64,000 nt of DNA from Macrostomum lignano. Taxonomy: Eukaryota. The notes beneath the pieces are model-generated. The model had not been told where the DNA came from. It did not search any database and saw only the letters and a list, made by a program, of their open reading frames with translations. This document shows, piece by piece, positions 24,573 through 37,100 of this stretch. The translations under genes were made by a program, and so were the position numbers. Location: NCBI GenBank assembly GCA_002269645.1, contig NIVC01001359.1:1-64000 (forward strand), read 5' to 3'. Position 1 is the stretch's first letter; each line of letters opens with the position of its first letter.

Positions 24573-27500
24573 ATGACGTCACTAGCCAGCGTTGGTTCGC
24601 GCAGAACAGCTCAAGCCTACTCAGCCGCTATGCTGTTAAGCGCCTGCGGCGACGCCATGGGCTACAAGAATGGCGAATGGGAGTTCTGCTTCGATGGGTC
24701 CAGATTGCACGCCGCGGTTGAAAGAATGGGTGGATTGAATAACTTAAATATTACTCTGCCACATTTTCGAGTTAGCGACGATACGGTTATGCATATGGCC
24801 ACGGCTAAGGGTGAGAATGTGGCCTTGTAGACCGCTTTACCGGACAGATACTTTCAATATACTCTACTGAAGTAGAATACAGTGTTAGTTAGTTAGTCAG
24901 TCAGTTAGCTAGTCAGTAGTTAGTTAGTTAGTTAGTTAGTTGGTCAGTTAGTTCGTTAGTCAGTTAGTTAGTCAGTTAGCTAGTTCTTTTTGACGATTTT
25001 TATTCTCCTATTATTTATATTTAATGGCAGCTTTAATTGCCAAGGCGACCGCCCCGGACGAGGAGCAGCTGTACCTGCAGCTGGCTAGGGAGTACTGCGA
25101 CTGCATGAACTATATGGCTGGTCGGAGCCCAGGTGAGTTGGTTTTTTGTATTAGTTTCGCAATTTTTTTAATTACAAGTATTGTGGCTTTTACTTACAGC
25201 TTTAAAATGTTTCTAAGAATTATAGCTTTCACCCATTTCTTAGAAACGTAGCTTTTGCCTATTACTAGGAATCATATTTAATCCTGTTCCAGGAATCTTA
25301 TTTTATTCGTTTTTACGAGTTCTAGTCAATCAGTTTTCAACTACGCTTTAACTATGCTAATTCCACCCCTTTTTAAACAACTATATATCTCACACATTTA
25401 AAAAATCTTTCACCCATTTCTAAGAATCCTATTTCACCGTTTCTAAGAATTGTATTTCACTATTTTCAAAAATTATATTTTATTTTTTCCAAAATCATAT
25501 TTTACCATTTCTAGGAATCCTCTTTCACCCATTTGTAAGAATCCTATTTCACCCATTTCTATGAATCCTATTTCACCATTTCTAAGAATCCTGTTTCACC
25601 CATTTCTATGAATCCTATTTCACCCATTTCTAAGAATCCTATTTCACCATTTCTAAGAATACTATTTCACCCATTTCTATGAATCCTATTTCACCATTTC
25701 CAAGAATCCTGTTTCAACCATTTCTAAGAATCCTGTTTCACCCATTTCTATGAATCCTATTTCACCATTTCTAAGAATACTATTTCACCCATTTCTATGA
25801 ATCCTATTTCACCATTTCCAAGAATCCTGTTTCACCCATTTCTAAGAATCCTATTTCACCCATTTCTTAGAATCCTATTTCACCATTTCTAAGAATCCTA
25901 TTTCACCATTTCTAAGAATCCTATTTCACCCATTTCTTAGAATCCTATTTCACCCATTTCTAAGAATACTATTTCACCCATTTCTTTGAATCCTATTTCA
26001 CCATTTCTAAGAATCCTATTTCACCCATTTCTATGAATCCTATTTCACCCATTTCTATGAATCCTATTTCACCCATTTCTAAGAATCCTTTTTCACCATT
26101 TCTAAGAATCCTATTTCACCCATTTCTAAGAATCCTATTTCACCCATTTCTAAGAATCCTATTTCACCCATTTCTAAGAATTCTATTTCACCCATTTCTA
26201 AGAATCCTATTTCACCCATTTCTAAGAATTCTATTTCACCCATTTCTAAGAATCCTATTTCACCCATTTCTAAGAATTCTATTTCACCCATTTCTAAGAA
26301 TTCTATTCACAATTTTAAGAATCCTTTTTCACCGGATTGTAAGAATTCACTCCGTTTCTAAGAATCTTATTCAATCAATTCGTTTTTTACAATCCGACTC
26401 AATCCATTTCTTAGAAAACTTTTCACCCGTTTCTAAGAATGATCGCTCACGAACTGATTATCTAGCTGCATAATTATATTTTAACACGCGCAGGTGACTG
26501 CACCTCATTCAGCTGCAACGATCTCATAGACACTGGCGGTTACAAAATCGAATTTAATGATCGGTAATTGATTTAATATTTTAAATATCGTTGCCTGATT
26601 TGAAAATTTTAGTTTATCTATAAAGCTAATAAAAACGATTGATTAAAAATCTTGAAGAGGCGGCGGCTGCGGTGGTGCCATGCGGTCCATGTGCATCGGC
26701 ATGGTGTTCTGGCAGCCGCACCAGCTCAAGCGGCTGGTGTCCACCGCTGTGGAGGCTGGCAGGATGACCCACAACCACCCCACTGGCTACCTGGGCAGCC
26801 TGGCTTCTGCCTACTTCGCCTCGCTCGCTTTGCAAGGCCAGCCGTTGGAGAAATGGGGAGCTGAACTGCTGCAAACCGCACTGCCGGCCGCGTGGAAGTA
26901 CGTGGAGGAGACTGGTGAGTCTGTGGCTGCTGCCGGCCTCCCAGATCCTCAGTTGCTGCTGCCGGCCTCCCAGATCCTCAGTTGCTGCTGCCGGCCTCCC
27001 AGATCCTCAGTTGCTGCTGCCGGCCTCCCAGATCCTCAGTTGCTGCTGCCGGCCTCCCAGATCCTCAGTTGCTGCTGCTGGCCTCCCAGATCCTCAGTTG
27101 CTGCTGCCGGCCTCCCAGATCCTCAGTTGCTGCTGCCGGCCTCCCAGATCCTCAGTTGCTGCTGCCGGCCTCCCAGATCCTCAGTTGCTGCTGCCGGCCT
27201 GCCAGATCCTCAGTTGCTGCTGCCGGCCTCCCAGATCCTCAGTTGCTGCTGCCGGCCTCCCAGATCCTCAGTTGCTGCTGCCGGCCTCCCAGATCCTCAG
27301 TTGCTGCTGCTGGCCTCCCAGATCCTCAGTTGCTGCTGCCGGCCTCCCAGATCCTCAGTTGCTGCTGCCGGCCTCCCAGATCCTCAGTTGCTGCTGCCGG
27401 CCTCCCAGATCCTCAGTTGCTGCTGCCGGCCTCCCAGATCCTCAGTTGCTGCTGCCGGCCTCCCAGATCCTCAGTTGCTGCTGCCGGCCTCCCAGATCCT

Positions 27501-28519
27501 CAGTTGCTGCTGCCGGCCTCCCAGATCCTCAGTTGCTGCTGCCGGCCTCCCAGATCCTCAGTTGCTGCTGCCGGCCTCCCAGATCCTCAGTTGCTGGGCC
27601 ACCAGCCTCCCAGATCCTCAGTTGCTGGGCCAGCCTCCCAGATCCTCAGTTGCCGTACAAAGCCCCTTCGTTCTCCCCGCAGGCCGCGACCTCGCTGAGA
27701 ACAAGCGTCACTGGCCCTACTTCTCCACCGCCTGGGCCAACTACCTTCGCCAACGCGGCCTCCTTGACGGCCGGGGGCCTGCGCAGTTCAAGCAGCCCTA
27801 CGGCCCGGCCGAGAGGGACGCCTTCTACAAGTCTTTGTCCTACAGCGGCTGGGGCGGCGCCTCCGGTCACGACGCCCCGATGATCGCCTACGATGCCCTG
27901 CTGTTCGCCTGCAGCGCTGGGAGTAGCGGTGGTGGCGACGAGGGCAGCGGTGAGCAGTGGCTGCGACTGTGTGAAGCTGCCGTGCTGCACGGCGGAGACA
28001 ATGACTCTACGGGGGCCATCGCCTGCTGCCTGTATGGCCTGCTGAATGGCGGGCTGGAGGGAGTGCCCGATGGCCATCACAGCGTGAGTGCTGGCTGGAG
28101 TAGAGAGATAGATTAGCAATCCATTAGGATTGGGGAGATAGATTAGCAATCCATTAGGATTGGAAAGATAGATTAGCAATCCAATCTGACTGGAGAGATA
28201 TATTAGCAATCCATTAGGATTGGGGAGATAGATTAGCAATCCATTCTGATTGGGGAGATAGATTAGCAATCCATTCTGATTGGGGAGATAGATTAGCAAT
28301 CCATTATAATTGAAGAGATAGATTAGCAATCCATTCTGATTGGAGAGATAGATTAGCAATCCATTCTGATTGAAGAGATAGATAAGCAATCCATTCTGAT
28401 TGGGGAGATTGAAATTAAATAAAAAAATCGATATAAACTTTTGCTTTCAGGGTTTGGAGTTCCGCTCTGAATTGGCCTCACTGGGCGAGCAGCTGCATCA
28501 GGTGTCGGAGCAGCTGTAA
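24573..28519 (+). CDS. ADPRH: ADP-ribosylarginine hydrolase (ARH1), 378 aa
   Basis: Phase-consistent exons 24573..24810, 25031..25132, 26494..26563, 26658..26914, 27683..28083, 28451..28519 (total 1137 nt). Motifs [75 protein letters not shown]; metal-binding acidic residues are intact. Confidence 0.96.
24885..24985. repeat. (TAGT)n microsatellite in ADPRH intron 1
   Basis: Direct reading. Confidence 0.9.
25400..26380. repeat. 22-24 bp minisatellite in ADPRH intron 2
   Basis: atttctaagaatcctatttcaccc with deletion variants. Confidence 0.93.
26925..27655. repeat. 29-bp minisatellite filling ADPRH intron 4
   Basis: gccggcctcccagatcctcagttgctgct; the last units are 28-bp gggccagcctcccagatcctcagttgct. 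Confidence 0.95.
28105..28410. repeat. 30-bp minisatellite in ADPRH intron 5
   Basis: gagatagattagcaatccattctgattggg. Confidence 0.93.
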
Positions 28520-29534
28520 TTAATTTTTTTTGTTATTTGTAAATCCCGCTGGAAAACACGCTGGATTTTGCGTCAACAATTTTTTTCCATGGCTTTTGCC
28601 TATTCCAGAACAGATTTGTATGCATTGTAGTATATATTTAATTGCCATGTGTACCTTAATGAATCCATGGTTTTTAATGATAATGATAGCCATGTATAAT
28701 TTTTTGATGAGATTTTGTTTTAAAAAACTATTTATTCCGATTTTTATCTGTTTTGTATTTGCCTACTTTTCTTGCGCTGTTTATCCAGTCGAGTAACTGA
28801 ATAACTCGGTATATTACACAATTTATTATAAGTTACTTAATAAACTGCTATTTTTCTATCTGCTTACATTTCTATTAAAACTGGATCTACTTGGATTTTA
28901 GATTCTTTCTTGAATTTACATGTATATACTTACTGTGTTCAAAGCTCAAATGGGATTTGAATGGTCAGTGTTAAAAACACAGATATCAGCGGTCAGTACA
29001 TGAATGACTAAATAATGCAAAAATGCGCTCATCTAGTATCAAGTCTTTCTTCAGTAGTATAATTAGCGTTTTCCGCCTTCGTATTTGTAAAATTCAACAT
29101 TCACATTTACAATATTGCATGTCCAACTAATTTCCACCACATCCGATGCATCCACCCTCATTTCCGCCCCCCCCCATCGGATGCAGCCACCCTCATATCC
29201 GCGTGTTAAAAAAGGCAACTAAACATATTTGAAATTTTGCACTTTTTCCGGAATGATTAAAAATGTTTTATTACATATATTTGAGCCAAAAAACTACAGC
29301 ACTTTTTACATAAAGTATTATTAATATATGTAACCTATTTTAGCTTTAAGAAACTATAAACGAAAAACGGAGAACATGAGAAATTATGAAGCAATACAAT
29401 TAAGCTCTGATTTTTATACTGGGAAATACGCATGGAATGGTTTGACGCTAAGTGCAGTAGAAATTAATACAACATCTAGTGCGTTACCAGTACTAATAGC
29501 AACTTGTAAAATGTTCATGGGGCTCTTGGCTGTT

Positions 29535-31040
29535 GGCCCAGTAACTGACACTCTGGGAGGCTGGCCCAGCAACTGACACTCTGGGAGGCTGGCCCAGCAA
29601 CTGACACTCTGGGAGGCTGGCCCAGCAACTGACACTCTGGGAGGCTGGCCCAGCAACTGACACTCTGGGAGGCTGGCCCAGCAACTGACACTCTGGGAGG
29701 CTCGCCCAGCAACTGCAACACTCTGGGAGGCTAGCCCAGCAACTGACACTCTGGGAGGCTGGCCCAGCAACTGCAACACTCTGGGAGGCTAGCCCAGCAA
29801 CTGCAACACTCTGGGAGGCTAGCCCAGCAACTGCAACACTCTGGGAGGCTAGCCCAGCAACTGCAACACTCTGGGAGGCTGGCCCAGCAACTGACACTCT
29901 GGGAGGCTGGCCCAGCAACTGACACTCTGGGAGGCTGGCCCAGCAACTGCAACACTCTGGGAGGCTGGCCCAGCAACTGACACTCTGGGAGGCTGTCCCA
30001 GCAACTGACACTGGGAGGCTGGCCCAGCAACTGACACTCTGGGAGGCTGGCCCAGCAACTGACACTCTGAGAGGCTGGCCCAGCAACTGACACTCTGGGA
30101 GGCTGGCCCAGCAACTGACACTCTGGGAGGCTGGCCCAGCAACTGACACTCTGGGAGGCTGTCCCAGCAACTGACACTCTGGGAGGCTGGCCCAGCAACT
30201 GACACTCTGGGAGGCTCGCCCAGCAACTGCAACACTCTGGGAGGCTAGCCCAGCAACTGACACTCTGGGAGGCTGGCCCAGCAACTGCAACACTCTGGGA
30301 GGCTAGCCCAGCAACTGCAACACTCTGGGAGGCTAGCCCAGCAACTGCAACACTCTGGGAGGCTAGCCCAGCAACTGCAACACTCTGGGAGGCTGGCCCA
30401 GCAACTGACACTCTGGGAGGCTGGCCCAGCAACTGACACTCTGGGAGGCTGGCCCAGCAACTGCAACACTCTGGGAGGCTGGCCCAGCAACTGACACTCT
30501 GGGAGGCTGTCCCAGCAACTGACACTCTGGGAGGCTGGCCCAGCAACTGACACTCTGGGAGGCTGTCCCAGCAACTGACACTCTGGGAGGCTGGCCCAGC
30601 AACTGACACTCTGAGAGGCTGGCCCAGCAACTGACACTCTGGGAGGCTGGCCCAGCAACTGACACTCTGGGAGGCTGGCCCAGCAACTGACACTCTGGGA
30701 GGCTGGCCCAGCAACTGACACTCTGGGAGGCTGGCCCAGCAACTGACACTCTGGGAGGCTAGCCCAGCAACTGCAACACTCTGGGAGGCTGGCCCAGCAA
30801 CTGACACTCTGGGAGGCTGGCCCAGCAACTGCAACACTCTGGGAGGCTGGCCCAGCAACTGACACTCTGGGAGGCTGGCCCAGCAACTGACACTCTGGGA
30901 GGCTGTCCCAGCAACTGACACTCTGGGAGGCTAGCCCAGCAACTGCAACACTCTGGGAGGCTGGCCCAGCAATTGGGGACCTGGGTGGCTAGCTGGCCCA
31001 GCAACTGACACTCTGGGAGAACTGACGATCTGGAAGGCTG
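29535..31040. repeat. 28/31-bp minisatellite between the convergent 3' ends of ADPRH and centlein
   Basis: ctgggaggctggcccagcaactgacact with ctgcaacact variants. Confidence 0.95.
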
Positions 31041-31182
31041 GCAACTTTAGTGAACAGACTAAGTAATTAACAAAGCAGTTAACTCGCTCAGCGATTTTAA
31101 ATAAGTAACATTAGAGAATTACTTGAGCAGATAGAGAGCTGAGATTTCTAAAGGAAAAATAATGTACTAACTAGCTCGCAGG

Positions 31183-34100
31183 TCAGTTTGCTAGCAGTCT
31201 GACCGTGTTCACAAAATCGTCCAATTTTTCAGTGAATTTGTCCAGCAGCTGATCCAGCTCAGCTGGCGATGAGGTATTCGGTGAGCTGTTGTACGCCTGG
31301 AATGAGTCAACGTGAAGAGGCTCAATGAGGTTTCGGCCATAGACATAATTACATGTGAGTTTTGCTAAGCATTTTGCTCCCGTCAATCTGCACGCATATC
31401 CGCACGCAAGTTTACTTGACGTTTCAGAGTTCGTAAGTATCCCCTGAAGTTTCAGAGTTTGTAAGTATCCCCTGAAGTTTCAGAGTTCGTAAGTATCCCC
31501 TGAAGTTTCAGAGTTTGTAAGTATCCCCTGAAGTTTCAGAGTTTGTAAGTATCCCCTGAAGTTTCAGAGTTCGTAAGTATCCCCTGAAGTTTCAGAGTTT
31601 GTAAGTATCCCCTGAAGTTTCAGAGTTTGTAAGTATCCCCTGAAGTTTCAGAGTTCGTAAGTATCCCCTGAAGTTTCAGAGTTTGTAAGTATCCCCTGAA
31701 GTTTCAGAGTTTGTAAGTATCCCCTGAAGTTTCAGAGTTCGTAAGTATCCCCTGAAGTTTCAGAGTTCGTAAGTATCCCCTGACGTTTCAGAGTTCGTAA
31801 GTATCCCCTGAAGTTTCAGAGTTCGTAAGTATCCCCTGAAGTTTCAGAGTTCGTAAGTATCCCCTGAAGTTTCAGAGTTTGTAAGTATCCCCTGAAGTTT
31901 CAGAGTTCGTAAGTATCCCCTGAAGTTTCAGAGTTCGTAAGTATCCCCTGAAGTTTCAGAGTTTGTAAGTATCCCCTGAAGTTTTAGAGTTTGTAAGTAT
32001 CCCCTGAAGTTTCAGAGTTCGTAAGTATCCCCTGAAGTTTCAGAGTTCGTAAGTATCCCCTGAAGTTTCAGAGTTCGTAAGTATCCCCTGAAGTTTCAGA
32101 GTTTATAAAAATCCCCTGTTTATATGAAGCTTCCAGGGTTGAATATCGAATGCCAAATATCGCATGTCGAATATCAAATGTCGAATACCGAATGTCAAAT
32201 GTCGAATATCGAGTATCGAATGTCGAATATCGAGTATTGAATATCTAATTTCGAGTTAGAGCAAAATGCATTTCCAGTTAGTGATCTCCTCAAAAAGACA
32301 CAAACCTTGACAGCCTGCGCCAACCGCATGCACTGATTGGCCCATTGCTTGTCGGTCTCGCGGCTACCCATTGCGGTTCTCAGCTCTGCCAGTTTAGTCT
32401 TTGTCGGCTGCTGCTGCTGCTGCTGCGGAGATCCCGAAGCCATCAGAAGCGAATCCAGCTCTCCATCGCTGAGGTTCAGGATGCTGGCAGCTCGTTGCCT
32501 AGCTCGAAGCTGGTGCACCTCCGACTCTGTGGGACCGACAGGCTGCTGCTGCTGCGGTGGCAACGGCGGCGGCAGAGCCTCCACTCTGTCGCAATGCGTC
32601 GACACCAGCAGCCTGGTTGATTCAGACTTGGCTTCGACTAGTCTGGCAATCTGGCCTAGCAACCGTTCTGCCAGGCTCAGCCGATTCTCACAGCGCAACA
32701 GCTCCTCGCGAGCCGCCGCCTCGGAGGCCTGGGCTCGATTCGACGCCTCGTCGATTTGTCGACGTCGACGTTCGGAATCGACAGCCGACGAGCGGGCCCG
32801 GCTGCGGGCCTGGTCCAGCTCGGCCCGGCTCTCCTGCCACAGCTGCTCGAACCTGCGGCGCTGCTCGCCAGCTGAGGTGGCGGCCGAGCGGGCGGAATCC
32901 AGCTGGGACTGGATGCGCCTGCGGGTTTGAGGGGGCGGAAATGAGGGCGGATTCCAGAGCTGGGATTGGAAAAGTCTGTTGAGGCGAAAATCGGGGGGCG
33001 GAAAAATCAGTTGGGGTGGAAATAGGGGGCGGAAATGGAGGGGCGGTAATAGGGGGCGGAAATCGAGGGCGGAAATCGAGGGGCGGAAAAATAAGTTGGC
33101 GGAAAAATGGGAGGGCACACGATAAAGCAGTTAATCCGTTATTTTAAAAAATCGCATGAATTGCGCACAAGGCAATTGTCAGAAAAAATGCACGCTTAGA
33201 AGATCCGATGACTCACCTCACGGTCTCCTTCAGCGTGCCCGCTTTAGTCTTGGCCTTCTCCGCCGCTGTCCGCTCGCTAGCAGCAGCCGCCTCGGCCTCT
33301 CTAACCCGACGCCTGAGCTCGTCTATAGTGTCCTTAGCGACGCGCAGTTCTCGTTCAGCGCGCGATTTAGCCTGACGACAGCGCGCTAAGGAGTCGGAGA
33401 GCTCAGCTGTGGCCGCCGCTGCCGCGGATGTCGATTCGTCCGATTTGGTCAAGTAGTCCTCGGCTGTTGGTCCTTCGGAATGGTAGCCCGGGTCCTTGGC
33501 CGATTGTTGCTGTTTTTATATGGTAGTAAAAAGCATTGTAAAGCGTTGTAAAGTACTGACTGAGAGTGACCTTCATGGTGAGTATTCGGGTGAGATTTAT
33601 GGTGAGATAGGTGAGAGTCATGGTAAAAAAGAAGGTGAGATTTATGAGACAGTGTGAGATAGACACACTGAGACAGGGTGAGATAGACACACTGAGACAG
33701 GGTGAGATAGACACACTGAGATGGGGTGAGATAAGCGCAGTGAGACGGCGAAATAGACACAGTGAGACAGGGTGAGACAGGGTGAGATAGACAGTGAGTC
33801 AGGGTGAGACAGACAGTGAGTCGGGGTGAGAAAGACAGCGAGACAGGGTGAGACAGGGTGAGACAGACAGCGAGACAGGGTGAGACAGACAGTGAGACAG
33901 GGTGAGAAAGACAGCGAGACAGGGTGAGACAGGGTGAGACAGACAGCGAGACAGGGTGAGACAGACAGTGAGACAGGGTGAGAAAGACAGCGAGACAGGG
34001 TGAGACAGACAGCGAGACAGGGTGAGACAGACAGTGAGACAGGGTGAGAAAGACAGCGAGACAGGGTGAGACAGACAGTGAGACAGGGTGAGAAAGACAG

Positions 34101-37100
34101 CGAGACAGGGTGAGACAGACAGCGAGACAGGGTGAGACAGACAGTGAGACAGGGTGAGACAGACAATGAGACAGGGTGAGACAGACAGTGAGACAGGGTG
34201 AGACAGACAGTGAGACAGGGTGAGACAGACAGTGAGACAGGGTGAGACAGACAGTGAGACAGACAGTGAGTCGGGGTGAGACAGGGTGAGACAGACAGTG
34301 AGACAGGGTGAGAAAGACAGCGAGACAGGGTGAGACATGGTGAGACAGACAGCGTGACAGGGTGAGACAGACAGTGAGACAGGGTGAGACAGACAGTGAG
34401 ACAGACAGTGAGTCGGGGTGAGACAGGGTGAGACAGACAGTGAGACAGGGTGAGAAAGACAGTGAGACAGGGTGAGACAGACAACAGCATCTCACAGCTC
34501 TATCGCAGGCCTCCTTCAGCCTCCGACACCGCGCCTGGCTCTGCGCCAATTCCCTTCGAAGCCGTTCCACCTCGCCAGCCAGTCGATCTCGCTCCGCCGA
34601 CGCCTTCTGACGTGCCCGACGGCACTGCAGCAGCTGCTGCTGAAGAGCGCCAGTCCGAGCCTGCAGCCTGGCAACGAACATCGGTCGATGTGCATCGCCC
34701 TGGCTCTTGGCTCTGTTGGCGATCGCTCTGCCAAGACTGCGGCCGCTGTCCGGCTGACGCAGCTGTCGTTCGTCGACATCCTCGAGACCGTCGACGGAGG
34801 CATCGTCGAAATCTTTGTGCGCGGCGGTTCTTCCATCGCCGCAGTCATCCGTTGGCACGTCCTCCCAGCCGCAATCTTCGCCGTCTTCGTCGTACTCGTC
34901 GTCGATAATCGAAGCGGATTCGGCGTTTATTTGCGATCGACTATTCGCCGTTGCTGTTGGTCGATTGTGATTGGCTCGGCGAGCGGCGGTCGCGGCGCCG
35001 GTTCTGAGGCCGCTGACTCGACGGCCGAGATGACGCAGGTAACGTTTCATTTCGATTAGAACCTGAGAGAAGTTCAATTTTTTTTATAAAATAACGAGAA
35101 TTGAATTGCGGATCGCGCTCAAACTACACTACTCAAAGTAGAAATAAAAGAAAGTTTAAAAACTTCAACAGAAAAAACGGTATTAGCTAATGCATTTCTG
35201 ATTTGCCTACTGATAGTAGACAAATCGGGTTTTTATTGTATATTTAAAAGTTCCGCTAACCTGACTCTTGCGCGCCAATTCTGCGCGCACCGATTCTGCG
35301 CGTTCTTCTGCTTCGCGCCTGGCGCGCGCGTGACCCTCCAGCTCGCGAGTCTGCCGACCAATCAGATCGCGCAGCTGCAACACCTTGCGTCGGGCACTAT
35401 CCAGCTCATTAGTGAGCTCTCGCACCTCATCAGGTTGAGCAGCGGCAGCTTGAGCTGCTGAGTTGGCGGACTCAAGAGCCTGGCTAAGCTCTGCGTTGGC
35501 ACGCCTCTCAAAGTCTAACGATTTGCGCAACTGCTGGCCTGTGGCCGCGTGCTCGTCTAATTGCACCTGCACCAGGGCCAGTTCGTTCTGCAAGCGCGCA
35601 CTGAAAATTGAGACAGATGATTGCTGATGAAAAGATTCCTTTGAAGTTGCCGCCGCTACCAAAATGCTATTTTATCTATTAGATGATTTTTTTATTAAAG
35701 ATAAGAATCTTTTGATGTTGCCGGCGCTAGTTTAATTAAATTCATCTAAACTGCTATATAGTTCATCTATACAGATGATTCCAATTTGAAGATAAAAATC
35801 TAGCTTTTGATGTCGTCGCCGCTCCGCTAGTACTCTATTTTACTCTTTTTATCAAGAGTTCAATATTAATTAGTGGACAAAACTGCTATATATAATTGTT
35901 GAGAGGAGAGGAGCTCAGCGAGTTCACAAACATAAGGATACCGTCAGGGTTACTGTGATATTTCGGACATTTAATATCGGCGATATTTCACTTCTACGAC
36001 ACACATCTCCGACACTCCATATCTCCGACACTTCATATCTCTGATGATTCACATATCTCCGACACTCCATATCTCCGACACTCCATATCTCCGACACTCC
36101 ACATCTCCGACACTCCACATCTCCGACACTCCACATCTCCAACACTCCACATCTCCAACACTCCACATCTCCAACACTCCATATCTCCGACACTCCATAT
36201 CTCCGACACTTCATATCTCTGATGATTCACATATCTCCGACACTTCATATCTCCGACACTTCACATCTCCGACACTCCATATCTCCGACACTCCACATCT
36301 CCGACACTCCATATCTCCGACACTCCATATCTCCGACACTCCACATCTCCGACACTCCATATCTCCGACACTTCATATCTCCGACACTTCACATCTCCGA
36401 CACTCCATATCTCCGACACTCCACATCTCCGACACTCCATATCTCCGACACTCCATATCTCCGACACTCCATATCTCCGACACTTCATATCTCCGACACT
36501 TCACATCTCCGACACTCCATATCTCCGACACTCCATATCTCCGACACTCCATATCTCCGACACTCCATATCTCCGACACTCCATATCTCCGACACTCCAC
36601 ATCTCCGACACTCCACATCTCCGACACTCCATATCTCCGACACTTCATATCTCCGACACTTCACATCTCCGACACTCCATATCTCCGACACTCCATATCT
36701 CCGACACTCCATATCTCCGACACTCCATATCTCCGACACTCCATATCTCCGACACTCCACATCTCCGACACTCCACATCTCCGACACTCCACATCTCCGA
36801 CACTCCATATCTCCGACACTCCATATCTCCGACACTCCACATCTCCAACACTCCACATCTCCAACACCCGCCAAGGTACTCAAGCATCTTTTTAAGAAAT
36901 CCTACCTATTATCAGCTAGCATTAAACTTTCATGTGGTTACTACTACAAAGCTCAAAGTAGACAGAGCAGAAATTCGCTTTATATTCTATTCTCACTACT
37001 CCTAAGTAGGATGTTCTCTGTAAACTAAACCTGATCGATCGACTGACTCACTTCTCTTCAAGCAGTCGCTCAATCTCCAGCCGCTGTTCAGCATCAGCTT

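Noticed and set aside
33449-35077. 542-aa ORF reading through centlein intron 7
   Set aside because: The intron is 986 nt (not 3n), so read-through leaves the centlein frame; the spliced model is phase-consistent.
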